DNA of 64,000 bases, taken from positions 96,001 through 160,000 of the forward strand of contig CAWFGE010000017.1 in NCBI GenBank assembly GCA_963815195.1. Direction: 5' to 3'. The notes beneath the pieces were generated by a model. That model was not told the origin of the DNA, made no database searches, and was given only the letters and a program-made list of their open reading frames with translations. Shown piece by piece: positions 41,148 through 50,431 of the stretch. The DNA comes from an uncultured Planctomycetaceae bacterium (lineage in GTDB: Bacteria; Planctomycetota; Planctomycetia; Planctomycetales; Planctomycetaceae). The position numbers were made by a program, and so were the translations under genes. Every line of letters begins with the position of its first letter. The stretch's first letter is position 1.

Positions 41148-42554
41148 TTAACTCAAGAACCACTTCGCTTTGGAAATCTGCTCTTCCGCGTAGCGCTCTT
41201 GGAAGGATTCGCGATCGAGGGCGTACAGCGGGCTGATTTCGACCTCGCCGAAGGGCTTGTCGGCGACGGACTCGAGCCATTCGCGGTGGATTCGCAACAG
41301 GGCTTGCCTGGCTTCGGCGGGGGAGTCGTGGCCTTCCGCGTTTTTCACCGCGTTAAACTCCGCCGCGCGGTCGGCTTCCACCACCAGCGCAGTGCCCGCT
41401 TGCGGCAGGGCATCGAATATGAACCGCTCGAACTTCCACGCGTTCGGCGCCTCCGGCTCGACCAGGTCGCCGGCTTCGTTTAAGTGCGGCACCTTTTTGT
41501 GGGCGCGGTGGAAGGGCAGACTCAGTTCATCTTCGAGCAGTCGCTCCAGAAATGATCGGCTGAAGACGTGCATCGCCGTGTTCCCGGCCCAAAACCGCAG
41601 TTGTCCGTTTTCGGTTTGCTGCTTCACCTCGTCGGGCATGTCGCTGTATTCGATGATCTGGGTCCGGCCGTCCACATCGACCAGAACGCCCATTTTTTCT
41701 TCCGCCGAGCGCTTGGCGACGACCTTGGTGGACAGGTCGGAATCTTTCAGCACATGAAAGCCGAGAAACGCCGGGTCGCACACCTGGGCCGTGGGATTGT
41801 CCACCTGGTGATAGTGGAGATACTCGACGCCCCGGCGGTTCATGTCGTCGATCAGCCCGGCGTCCTTGAGGGCGAAGAGCAACCCCCCGTGCCCGTTGGG
41901 GCTGAGGCACAGCCGATGTTTGTCCGCCAAAAGCAGCCGGCCGGTCTCGGCTTCGACCGCGGGCATGTTGCCTTGCTTGAAAAAGTGCACCTCGCCTTCC
42001 GAGAGACCGAAGTTCCGATGCTGCTCGAAGTACTCCACCGTCTCCCGATGGGTGGCATCGCTGGTCATGATGTAATAGGGAATCGGATAGCCGGCAATCT
42101 TCGCGCGGGCCTGGACCTGCTCCGCGAGGATTTGAAACAGCGAATGCCCGCTCACGGGGCCGATGGGAAACATGCCCTTGGGATGCGGAAAGCCCAGCCG
42201 GGTTCCCTGGCCGCCCGCGACCAGAATCGTCCCCACTTTCCCGGCGGCGAGGAGTTCGTGGCCCTTTTTCGCGGCGGCCCGCCATTGGTTTTGCTCGGCC
42301 TCCGACTTTGGCAGGCGGACGATCTGATGCGGCGGCTCGGCCCGGCGGGCTTTCTCGGCGGGCGATTCGCTCGGCGTTTCCGCTTTGCCCCCGGCACAAA
42401 GTTCCCGCAGCTGCGCAAAATCCACCGCCGCCATTTGGCCCGCCAAGGTGTTTTGCTGGTCGGCAGTCAATTCCCCCCACCAGCGGAGCACATGCGATTG
42501 GTCGAACTGTTCGAGCGTTTTTACCAATGAAGCCGGCGGCGTTTGCTGAGTCAT
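41148..42554 (-). CDS. UDPGP type 1 family nucleotidyltransferase (UDP-GlcNAc pyrophosphorylase, UAP1-like)
   Basis: AGGQGTRLG..PKG, SPNGHG, QVDN, IEYS, KFERFIFD, EFNAVKN. Confidence 0.92.
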   Translation of the reverse strand: MTQQTPPASLVKTLEQFDQSHVLRWWGELTADQQNTLAGQMAAVDFAQLRELCAGGKAETPSESPAEKARRAEPPHQIVRLPKSEAEQNQWRAAAKKGHELLAAGKVGTILVAGGQGTRLGFPHPKGMFPIGPVSGHSLFQILAEQVQARAKIAGYPIPYYIMTSDATHRETVEYFEQHRNFGLSEGEVHFFKQGNMPAVEAETGRLLLADKHRLCLSPNGHGGLLFALKDAGLIDDMNRRGVEYLHYHQVDNPTAQVCDPAFLGFHVLKDSDLSTKVVAKRSAEEKMGVLVDVDGRTQIIEYSDMPDEVKQQTENGQLRFWAGNTAMHVFSRSFLERLLEDELSLPFHRAHKKVPHLNEAGDLVEPEAPNAWKFERFIFDALPQAGTALVVEADRAAEFNAVKNAEGHDSPAEARQALLRIHREWLESVADKPFGEVEISPLYALDRESFQERYAEEQISKAKWFLS

Positions 42555-42599
42555 TTTTGTCCGTCGAGATTTGAGATTCGCTTGAAACCGAAAACTGAA

Positions 42600-42968
42600 C
42601 TAAGAGTGCCGGAGGTACAGGACCAGACTGTAAACCACGACTCCACCCACGACAACCGTGGCAAATTGGAGAAGGCGGGCGGCGATGTCTTCGCGTTTGC
42701 GGGCGATGATTTGTGAGATCACGGTGACGAAGGCGACCATGAAAAACTTGTAAAACACCATGCCCTTGATGTTCCAACGGTGAAAGAAGTACGCCGCCAC
42801 CGGGTTGCCTTCGGTGAAACCGGGCTGCCGGAGGAGGAAATACGTCATAAACACGTCCAAAGCGCTCACGAGCAGAAACGCGACGGTTTCGGCCTCCAGC
42901 GGCAATTGTCCGCCGAGGAGCGACTGGCTTTTCTTTCGTTTCGTCCGTTTTCGCGTTGGCTTGGACAT
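42600..42968 (-). CDS. Small membrane protein, DUF5658-like
   Basis: LDVFMT, EGNP, YK motifs; three hydrophobic helices. Confidence 0.75.
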   Translation of the reverse strand: MSKPTRKRTKRKKSQSLLGGQLPLEAETVAFLLVSALDVFMTYFLLRQPGFTEGNPVAAYFFHRWNIKGMVFYKFFMVAFVTVISQIIARKREDIAARLLQFATVVVGGVVVYSLVLYLRHS

Positions 42969-42999
42969 CGGGCGGCATTCGTGGGTGATGGCTCGTTTC

Positions 43000-43327
43000 G
43001 GTTTCCTGAAAACGTGCAGGAACTGACGTGACAAGTCGCCGTTTTTCGCTTGTAACGACCCACCACAACGTTCACTTTCGGGAGTGTTTCGAGTGCGTTC
43101 AGATACACTTGTTGGCGATCTCCGCGAGTTCCCATCCTAAGAGCGGTAAAATAATAGATCGAGATCACATCGTCGTCTTGTCGCAGTAACTCGAAGTATT
43201 TCTGAAGGTTAAGCCATTTGTGGGCCGTCCCCTTTATTGATCCATTGTACATGTTGAAGCCATCAACATACACAAAGCTGCGGGGTTTTGGATTTTTCGT
43301 GAACGAATTCCCTTGATTTTGCGTCAT
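43000..43327 (-). pseudogene. 3'-truncated NYN (LabA/DUF88-type) ribonuclease remnant
   Basis: VYVDGFNMY, KWLNL, YYFTA, QQVYLNAL; the EEK..DV and SGDSD motifs are missing; AT-rich. Confidence 0.75.
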
Positions 43328-43671
43328 CACAATATAAACTTCCTGCTGGATTTGACGATAAATGAAAACGACTCCCCGGCGTTTTTGCCGGTTAGGCGAC
43401 CTATATGGTCGCTTTTTTATTTGGCGACATCCAAATAGCCTCGCCACGACCACGCCTCCCCGCGATCATTCCGGGTTTTTCCCCAACTCCGTGAATGTCA
43501 TTTTTGCAAAAACGGATCCGAAATGCTTTGTAAACTTTGCATTTTCGGAAGAATCCGCAGTCCCAGCCCTCGGAATTCCCCTAGAGGTCGTTTTTCACAA
43601 GTCGTTTTATAATAACATGTTGCGGAATATGCCTGCCTCAATTCCCCATTTTCGCGGTCCGAAAATCCCCA

Positions 43672-43688
43672 CTGGCACACGGCGTGCT
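43672..43688 (+). promoter_or_regulatory. Sigma54 (-24/-12) promoter
   Basis: CTGGCACACGGCGTGCT: GG-N10-GC, close to YTGGCACG-N4-TTGCW; IHF-like AT-rich tract at 43598-43622. Confidence 0.75.
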
Positions 43689-43698
43689 TTGGTTTGGG

Positions 43699-43902
43699 AG
43701 CAGAGTGAGAGAGGCTCAAGAGATGCAAAAACAAGGGTGAGAGCTTGTTTCCCGCGACACTCTTGAGCAGAGAAAGAGAGAGAAATTGACCCGCCGGCCC
43801 GTGGAGACGGGCCTCCCCCACCTCAACATTGGCACCCCCCGTGCCACACTCCCCGACAGAGCCAAGAGGATTCCCGCATCCTCTTGGCTCCTTTCCTTTT
43901 TT
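43699..43902 (+). ncRNA. Candidate sigma54-dependent structured small RNA (~200 nt)
   Basis: Four hairpin domains, a purine-rich linker, C-rich tracts and a terminator; no plausible ORF. Confidence 0.65.
43859..43902 (+). terminator. Intrinsic terminator
   Basis: Perfect 13-bp stem GAGCCAAGAGGAT/ATCCTCTTGGCTC then CTTTCCTTTTTT. Confidence 0.85.
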
Positions 43903-44375
43903 GGATCCCATTGAACCTTCCCGCAAACCGCGTGTCCATTTCTGTGCCGTGACAATGAGTCGGAACCGGGGCTAGTTTTCAAACGGTTTTCGCGTCGGAA
44001 AGAACGTGATTGATATGAGCCTGACTCCGGCGTAAAATCAAAGTGAAATACACGGGGGCTTCCCATCAACGAAGCCCTTGATCGAATGCCATCCATTCAG
44101 GGTCGTTGCCGATTGTTGGATCGCCCAGCCGTTATTCAAACATTTCTCGCGGAACTTCGAGCCGAAGATTGGCCCCGAACATGCGCCATCTCAAGTGATC
44201 CCCACCTCAGTTCTTGCCCGGTCCGCCGCCTCGGCGTGATGCGGACGGGACCGCTGCTTCCAGTGATCCCCAATCTCTTTTCCCGGTGCCTTGGCCTAAT
44301 GCGCTTTCGCGATCTTTTTGCGCACGCCGTTTGGCACCGCCCTTGTTCCTTTTCTGCACTGCATGAGGAAATTCC

Positions 44376-45707
44376 TTGACGCAATCTCAACGCGAACAAC
44401 TGAAAGTTCAACACCAGAAAGCGATTCTGGTGTCCGTCTTGTCCAAAGATGACCCGACGCCCAAGGAGCACGCCGTCGATGAATTGGCGGGCCTCGTGAA
44501 AACCGCCGGGGCCGAGGTTGTGGGGACGTTGGTGCAAATCCGCGAGCATCCCCATCCCGCGACCTGCCTGGGGCCGGGGAAACTGTTGGAGCTCAAGCAG
44601 CTCATCGGCATGCACGATGCGGAGTTGGTCGTGTTCGACAACCATCTCACGCCCGCCCAGGGCCGGAAGCTGGAAGAGGAAACCAAAACGATCATCGTCG
44701 ATCGCAGCGAGGTGATTCTGGACATCTTCGCCACCGCCGCCCGCACGCACGAAGCGAAACTGCAGGTGGAACTGGCCCAGCTTCTCTACTTCCGGCCGCG
44801 CTTAAAGCGGATGTGGACGCACTTGGAGCGGATTACCGGGGGCATCGGAGCCGGGCGCGGGCCGGGGGAGAAGCAGTTGGAAACCGACCGCCGGCTGCTC
44901 GACCGCCGGGTCTCCGAACTCAAGCGGAAGCTGGCCGAGATCGAAAGCCGACGCGAACGCACCGTGGCGAATCGGCACGATGACATGACGGTCTCGCTCG
45001 TGGGCTACACGAACGCCGGCAAGAGTACGCTGATGAACGCCCTCACCGGGGCCGGGGTTTACGTGGCCAACAAACTGTTCGCCACGCTCGATACCCGCAC
45101 GCGGAAGTGGAATATCCCGCACTGCGGGGATGTGCTGTTGAGCGACACCGTCGGGTTCGTGCGGAACCTGCCGCACCATCTGGTGGCGTCGTTCCGTTCG
45201 ACTTTGGAAGAAGCCCGCCGGGCCGACTTGCTTTTGCACGTCGTGGACGCGAGCCATCCCGATGCGACGCAACAGATTGAAACGGTTTACAAGGTCCTCG
45301 AAGAAATTGGCGTGGACTTTAGCAACGTCGTCCTGGTCCTCAATAAGGCCGATGCGATCAGCGACCGCTCGCTGTTGGATGTGCTCCGCCGGAAGTATGA
45401 AAACAGCATTTCGGTCAGCGCCAAAACGGGCGACGGCTTGGACCGCTTGACCGAATCCGTCATAAGCCGGCTGTCGGGCGGCTATGTCGAGGCCGAGATC
45501 CAAACCGGCGTGGGCAACGGAAAGTTGTTCGCGTATCTCGCCGAGCATGGGGAGATTCTGCGGCGGGAGTACGAGGATTCCCGCGTGACGCTCACGTGCC
45601 GATTGCCCAAGCGGCTCGCGGAAAAAATCGCGGATGCGGAGACGACGATCACCCTCCCCCACGGAGAACTCGCCGCCGCGGAAAAAAACGGCCGCGACAC
45701 GTGGTAG
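44376..45707 (+). CDS. hflX: Ribosome-splitting GTPase HflX
   Basis: ILDIFA..ARTHEAKLQVELAQ, RGPGEKQLETDRR, GYTNAGKS, LFATLD, DTVGF, NKAD. Confidence 0.97.
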   Translation: MTQSQREQLKVQHQKAILVSVLSKDDPTPKEHAVDELAGLVKTAGAEVVGTLVQIREHPHPATCLGPGKLLELKQLIGMHDAELVVFDNHLTPAQGRKLEEETKTIIVDRSEVILDIFATAARTHEAKLQVELAQLLYFRPRLKRMWTHLERITGGIGAGRGPGEKQLETDRRLLDRRVSELKRKLAEIESRRERTVANRHDDMTVSLVGYTNAGKSTLMNALTGAGVYVANKLFATLDTRTRKWNIPHCGDVLLSDTVGFVRNLPHHLVASFRSTLEEARRADLLLHVVDASHPDATQQIETVYKVLEEIGVDFSNVVLVLNKADAISDRSLLDVLRRKYENSISVSAKTGDGLDRLTESVISRLSGGYVEAEIQTGVGNGKLFAYLAEHGEILRREYEDSRVTLTCRLPKRLAEKIADAETTITLPHGELAAAEKNGRDTW

Positions 45708-45813
45708 TTTGGACGGATTGGTAAAACCGGCGAAGTTGGTGTTGTGCAATTTTCGGGTTTTGTACAATACGGGGAAACGAGTCTGCCGTTTCCCCTTTTA
45801 GGAGGCAAATCCG

Positions 45814-46323
45814 ATGCTTCGACGTTTGACGAGAAACACGCTGCCGGCCCTGCTCTTGTTTTCGATCGCGACCGTGTCCTTGGCCCAGGATCAGGCTCCG
45901 AAGTCCAAGAACGGCGGCCAAGAGCCCAGCCGGGAAGATTTGGAAAAGCAATTCAGCGAGAAGATGGCGAACTCGGTCCTGGTCGGCCAGTTTACCGTGG
46001 ACGGCCAGAACACGACTCCAAAGCCCGAGCGGTACGAAATTGAAAGCGTCACCAAGACCAAGGACGATTATTGGACGTTCCTGGCCCGCGTCAAATACGG
46101 GAAAGTGGACGCCAAGGTTCCGATCACGGTCAAAATCCTCTGGGCGGGCGACACGCCGGTGGTCTCGCTCACCGACTTGACCATTCCGGGCATGGGCACG
46201 TTCACCGCGCGGGTCCTGTTTTACGAAGACCGCTACGCCGGCACCTGGCAGCACGGCAAAGTCGGCGGCAATCTGTTCGGCCGCATCGAAAAAGCCAACG
46301 CCGAAGGCGCCAAGCAGGAATAA
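45814..46323 (+). CDS. Exported conserved hypothetical protein
   Basis: Signal peptide; WAGDTPV, GMGTFTARV, YAGTWQHG. Confidence 0.8.
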   Translation: MLRRLTRNTLPALLLFSIATVSLAQDQAPKSKNGGQEPSREDLEKQFSEKMANSVLVGQFTVDGQNTTPKPERYEIESVTKTKDDYWTFLARVKYGKVDAKVPITVKILWAGDTPVVSLTDLTIPGMGTFTARVLFYEDRYAGTWQHGKVGGNLFGRIEKANAEGAKQE

Positions 46324-46358
46324 ACGATTCCGCGAGGTTCCTCTCAGACGCTTTCGAG

Positions 46359-46512
46359 TTTGACGCAAAGGCGCAAAGAGAAACTTCTGCTTAATCATTC
46401 GTGCCGATTAGAGCAGACCAATGTTCTCTTGATTTCGCCGAATGGAAAAATGGAATGACACGCACCACTCCTTTGCGTTCGCTGCGTCTTCCCTTTGCGC
46501 CTTTGCGTTAAA
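46359..46512. repeat. CGCAAAG-motif inverted repeat element
   Basis: TTTGACGCAAAGGCGCAAAG/CTTTGCGCCTTTGCGTTAAA; relative at 54278-54343. Confidence 0.75.
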
Positions 46513-46681
46513 AACCGGGCGGCGGGAAATGTTTTGACTCCGTGGGATTTGCATTCGATCCTGCCGGTTGGTATGACCTGACGATTCCGTCCTGAATTGA
46601 GTTTCCTTCCTCGAACGACAGCACTTGAAGATCGGCCGCCTCGACAGATTGCGCCGTCTTCCCTTTTGAAGCCTACTCCTG

Positions 46682-47131
46682 ATGAGCAACAGATTGGGTG
46701 TCCGCGTGGGGCGGGTTCCGTATGGGCGGGGCGTGTTCGCGACGCGGACATTTTCCCGGGGCGAACTGGTGGCCGTGATCGCGGGCGAAGTCATCGACGA
46801 TGCCGACTACTCCTCCGACTACTGCATGGATTTGGGCGGCACGCTTTCGCTCGAGCCGGGTGCCCCGTTCCGCTACATCAACCACAGTTGCGAGCCGAAC
46901 GCCCAGTTGTTTCTGGTCCCGCCCGAGCGTCCCGACGACGACCCGGTGCCGGTGATGATTTTGGAGGCCGTCCGCACGATTCGGCCCGGCGATCAGGTGA
47001 CCATCGATTACGCCTGGCCCGCCGAGCATGCGATTGCCTGCCATTGCCGAAGTTCCAAATGCCGGGGCTGGATCGTGGACCGCGATCAATTGCAGGAGCT
47101 TCTCGACCGGGAGCCGGATCCGGCACGTTAA
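46682..47131 (+). CDS. SET-domain protein-lysine methyltransferase-like protein with post-SET cysteines
   Basis: GRGVFA, RYINHSCEPN, GDQVTIDY, CHCRSSKCRG. Confidence 0.92.
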   Translation: MSNRLGVRVGRVPYGRGVFATRTFSRGELVAVIAGEVIDDADYSSDYCMDLGGTLSLEPGAPFRYINHSCEPNAQLFLVPPERPDDDPVPVMILEAVRTIRPGDQVTIDYAWPAEHAIACHCRSSKCRGWIVDRDQLQELLDREPDPAR

Positions 47132-47159
47132 CCTTGGGCGCACGAAACCGGGAGGACGC

Positions 47160-48086
47160 ATGACCGACAACGCGAAGCTCAATCATCCCTGGCTGGTCGC
47201 GGTTTGGCCCGGCATGGGGCACGTGGCGGTGAGTGCGGGCTATTATCTGATGGCGAAGCTCGGCATGGAGCTTCTCGCGGAGTTCTCGCCCGCCGAGGTA
47301 TTCGACGTCGAGCACGTGGATGTCAAAGATGGAATCATCCAGCCGGTCCAGCGGCCGCGGAGCCGGTTGTTCGTCCGCCACGACCCGGACGGCGAGCGGG
47401 ACATCGTGGTGTTCATCGGCGAAGCCCAGCCGCAGGCCGGGAAGTACGCCTTCTGCCACAAGCTGATCGAGACCGCGAAAGACCTCGGCGTCGAGCGGGT
47501 CTTCACGTTTGCGGCCATGGCCACGCAGATGCACCCCGAGCACGAATCGCGGCTGTTCGCCGCCGCCACGGATGAAGCCAGCCTCGGGGAGTTGCGGCAG
47601 TTGGAACTCACGCTTTTGGAGGATGGGCACATCGGCGGTCTCAACGGCGTGCTCTTGGGGGCAGCGGCGGAAGCCGGTTTGCCGGGCGTTTGCCTGTTGG
47701 GCGAAATGCCCCACATCTTTCTGCAATTCCCCTTTCCCAAGGCGTCGCTCGCGGTGCTGGAGACATTCACCACCATCGCCGGGCTCACGCTCGACATGAC
47801 GAACCTGTCCGCAGAGGCCGAAGCGATGGACCAGAAGCTGGGCGAAATGCTGGCCCGCGTGCAAGAGGCGATGGCCCAAGGCGAATCCATCGAAGAGGAC
47901 TACAGCCCCGAACCGCCGGAGGAACCCGCCCTCTCCGCCCAAGACGAGCGGCGAATCGAAGACCTTTTCGATCGGGCGGAAAAAGACCGCTCCAAAGCCT
48001 ACGAACTCAAGCAGGAACTGGATCGGCTGGACGTTTTCAAAGATTACGAGGATCGCTTCCTCGATCTGTTCAAGCCGCCGGAGTAA
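47160..48086 (+). CDS. PAC2 (proteasome assembly chaperone) family protein
   Basis: WPGMGHVA, FIGEAQP, IGGLNGVLLG, CLLGEMP, PFPKAS; GGAGG RBS. Confidence 0.85.
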   Translation: MTDNAKLNHPWLVAVWPGMGHVAVSAGYYLMAKLGMELLAEFSPAEVFDVEHVDVKDGIIQPVQRPRSRLFVRHDPDGERDIVVFIGEAQPQAGKYAFCHKLIETAKDLGVERVFTFAAMATQMHPEHESRLFAAATDEASLGELRQLELTLLEDGHIGGLNGVLLGAAAEAGLPGVCLLGEMPHIFLQFPFPKASLAVLETFTTIAGLTLDMTNLSAEAEAMDQKLGEMLARVQEAMAQGESIEEDYSPEPPEEPALSAQDERRIEDLFDRAEKDRSKAYELKQELDRLDVFKDYEDRFLDLFKPPE

Positions 48087-48105
48087 CGCTCGGCATCGCG
48101 CGCGG

Positions 48106-48309
48106 TCACTTCTTCGCCGATTCCTGATGGCTTTTCCGGACGACGGTTTCCGTTGGGCCCACGCTCTGTTCATCGTCTTGGTAGCTAATATGGGCCACGG
48201 CTTGGGCCATTTTTTCCCCGCAGCATTCGGGGACTTCACTTTCGTGCTCAGCACTCAAAACGCGGCCGCATTTCTGGCAGTGGTAAATATCGACATCATG
48301 GATCGTCAT
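48106..48309 (-). CDS. Small desulforedoxin-like metal-binding protein
   Basis: YHCQKCG-x13-CCGEKM; AAGGAG upstream. Confidence 0.7.
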   Translation of the reverse strand: MTIHDVDIYHCQKCGRVLSAEHESEVPECCGEKMAQAVAHISYQDDEQSVGPTETVVRKSHQESAKK

Positions 48310-48342
48310 CGTCGTGTCTCCTTGACTTGAGGGACGGGCATG

Positions 48343-48373
48343 AAAAAACCTCTCAGGGATTCTTCCCGAGAGG
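48343..48373 (-). terminator. Probable intrinsic terminator downstream of the deacylase gene
   Basis: Minus strand CCTCTCGGGAAGAATCCCTGAGAGG then TTTTTT. Confidence 0.6.
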
Positions 48374-48464
48374 CTGCCATCGCCGGGCGGAGGCGCTTTT
48401 GCGCGGATCTTCGCGCCGAAACGTGGAGCCTCCTCAATGAATCATAGATCCGGACCACAAATTG

Positions 48465-50072
48465 TCAATGGCCTTTGTGAATGAGCGCTTTGCCGGCGCG
48501 GGCCCCAGTGGGAGTGCCGCGAAAGACCGCGGGCTGACCGTTGACATACACGTAACGAATGCCCAAGGAATACTGGTGCGGGTTGTCGAAGGTGGCCGCG
48601 TCGCGGATGGTCTTGGGATCGAACACAACGATGTCCGCGGCTTTTCCGGTTTCGATCGAACCGCGATCGGCGAGGCCCAAAATCTTCGCGGGAAGCGAAG
48701 TCGCGCTTCGCACCGCGGCTTCCAGGGGCAGGACTTTTTCCTCGACGGCGTAGTAGCCGATCTTCCGGGAAAAGGTGCCGTAGTTGCGGGGATGCGGCCG
48801 ATCGGCACCGGGCAGATACGACCGACCGTCCGATGCCGTCGCCACCCAGGGGACCTGCATGACATGCCGGACGTCGGCTTCGTCCATGCTGAAGTTGACG
48901 ACCGACGCCCCGCCGCTTTTGGCGATGATGACGCCGATGTCGGTGGGCGATTGCTTTTCGGTCTCGGCGATCTCGGCCAGGCTTTTGCCGACCCAATCCT
49001 GCCGCTTCCCATAGCGGGCAATGCGAATCGCCGCCCCGCCGTCGCGCTTTTCCAGGTTGCCCGTCATCTCCTGGCGAATCCGCGTGGACAACTGCGGATC
49101 GTCCAATCGCTTGATCAATTCCTTGCGTCCGCCCTCGAGCGCCCAACTCGGAATGATCGTCGCATCCAACGAGGTGCTCGAGGCGATGTAAGGATACTGA
49201 TCCGCCGTCACAATCTGCCCGCGCGACCGGGCGGCTTCAACCTGATCGACCGCCCGGCGAACGAGACCCCACGCGTCCCGCCCCGTCGATTTGAAATGCG
49301 AGATGTGCACCGGCAGCTTGGCGTCTTTGCCGATGCGAAGCGCCTCGTCCACCGCCGCCAAGAGGTTCGTGCTCTCGTTGCGGATGTGGCTTGCATAGAT
49401 GCCTTTGTGCTTCGCGATGACTCTGGCGATTTCGATGAGTTCCCCGGTCTCGGCGTAGGTTCCAGGGACGTAGATCAACCCCGTGGACATGCCCCAGGCT
49501 CCATCCTGCATGGCTTGGTCGGCCAGTTGCCGCATGCGTTCGAGTTCTTCGTCCGTCGGAGCCCGCAAGGCGGAGCCCATCACCTCGCTCCGCAAAGAAC
49601 CGTGCGCCAGCAAATGCGCGATGTTCGTGCCCACGCCGACGGCTTTGAGTTTTTTGTGATAGTCGGCCACATCCACCGGACCGAACCCGCAGTTCCCGGT
49701 GACGACCGTGGTGCAACCCTGGGTGAGATAATTCACCAGCCCCGAAAGCTGCGGATCGATCGCCTGGTAGTCGCTGTGGTTGTGCAGATCGATAAAGCCC
49801 GGCGAAATCACCAGGCCTTGGCAGTCCAGTGTCAGGGCCACATCGCCCAACTTAAACTTTCCCACGCCCACAATCTTGTCGCCCTGGATCGCCACATCCC
49901 CAACGGCGCCCGGCTTCCCGGAGCCGTCCACAATTGTCCCGCCCTTGAGAAGAATTTCCGCATTCACCGGCTTCTCCTGGGCAGAAAGAACGCCAACGCC
50001 CAGCGGACTGAAGAGAAGAACAATCGCAAGAACGAACGGCGTGAGTTGTCGATTGGAACGGGCGAGTCTCAT
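48465..50072 (-). CDS. N-acyl-D-amino-acid deacylase (D-aminoacylase), exported
   Basis: PGFIDLHNHSD, VTGNCG, STGLIY.PG, SHIRNE, HISHFK, HPRNYGTF, ADIVVFDP. Confidence 0.93.
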   Translation of the reverse strand: MRLARSNRQLTPFVLAIVLLFSPLGVGVLSAQEKPVNAEILLKGGTIVDGSGKPGAVGDVAIQGDKIVGVGKFKLGDVALTLDCQGLVISPGFIDLHNHSDYQAIDPQLSGLVNYLTQGCTTVVTGNCGFGPVDVADYHKKLKAVGVGTNIAHLLAHGSLRSEVMGSALRAPTDEELERMRQLADQAMQDGAWGMSTGLIYVPGTYAETGELIEIARVIAKHKGIYASHIRNESTNLLAAVDEALRIGKDAKLPVHISHFKSTGRDAWGLVRRAVDQVEAARSRGQIVTADQYPYIASSTSLDATIIPSWALEGGRKELIKRLDDPQLSTRIRQEMTGNLEKRDGGAAIRIARYGKRQDWVGKSLAEIAETEKQSPTDIGVIIAKSGGASVVNFSMDEADVRHVMQVPWVATASDGRSYLPGADRPHPRNYGTFSRKIGYYAVEEKVLPLEAAVRSATSLPAKILGLADRGSIETGKAADIVVFDPKTIRDAATFDNPHQYSLGIRYVYVNGQPAVFRGTPTGARAGKALIHKGH

Positions 50073-50212
50073 CCATCTTCCTCCGATGTGGTGATGCTGA
50101 TGGCCAGCGGGCGAGATAATGAATGATCCTGCCAACAAACGATTCCGCCGTCAACTGTTTCGTTCCCTGGCGTGTGCCACTGGCTCCGCCGGTGCGGTTT
50201 AGCAAACGGGTC

Positions 50213-50290
50213 GGGTGGCACGTCCCTGAGCGCAGCGAAGGGCGTGGCGACCTCCAGACCACGCCCTTCGTTCCTCAGGGCGTGCCACCC
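50213..50290. repeat. REP-like hairpin with GGGTGGCAC termini
   Basis: GGGTGGCACGTCCCTGAG...GAAGGGCGTGG / CCACGCCCTTCG...CTCAGGGCGTGCCACCC. Confidence 0.8.
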
Positions 50291-50431
50291 AAGTTCGTAC
50301 CTGCTTCTGTAAGACACATGCGGCCGGATCGTTACAGACACGTTACACCGTCCTTACGGAGAAGCGACTACAATGCGAGGCGTGGGGGAAGTGGTTTCCC
50401 ATCCCGTACCCAAATCTCTTGGAGGTGACTC

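Noticed and set aside
43723..43740. Small peptide MQKQG inside the candidate sRNA
   Set aside because: Five codons only, lying within a stem; no evidence of coding.
44331..44347. Second sigma54 promoter before hflX
   Set aside because: TTGGCAC is present but the -12 dinucleotide is GT rather than GC.
48343..48400. Fluoride riboswitch (GGCGATGG on the minus strand before a terminator)
   Set aside because: Downstream pairing and the conserved 3' motif are absent; simpler as a terminator.
50311..50336. ECF-type promoter (TGTAAC...TGTCTT, minus strand)
   Set aside because: Plausible but short, single and unsupported by other copies.
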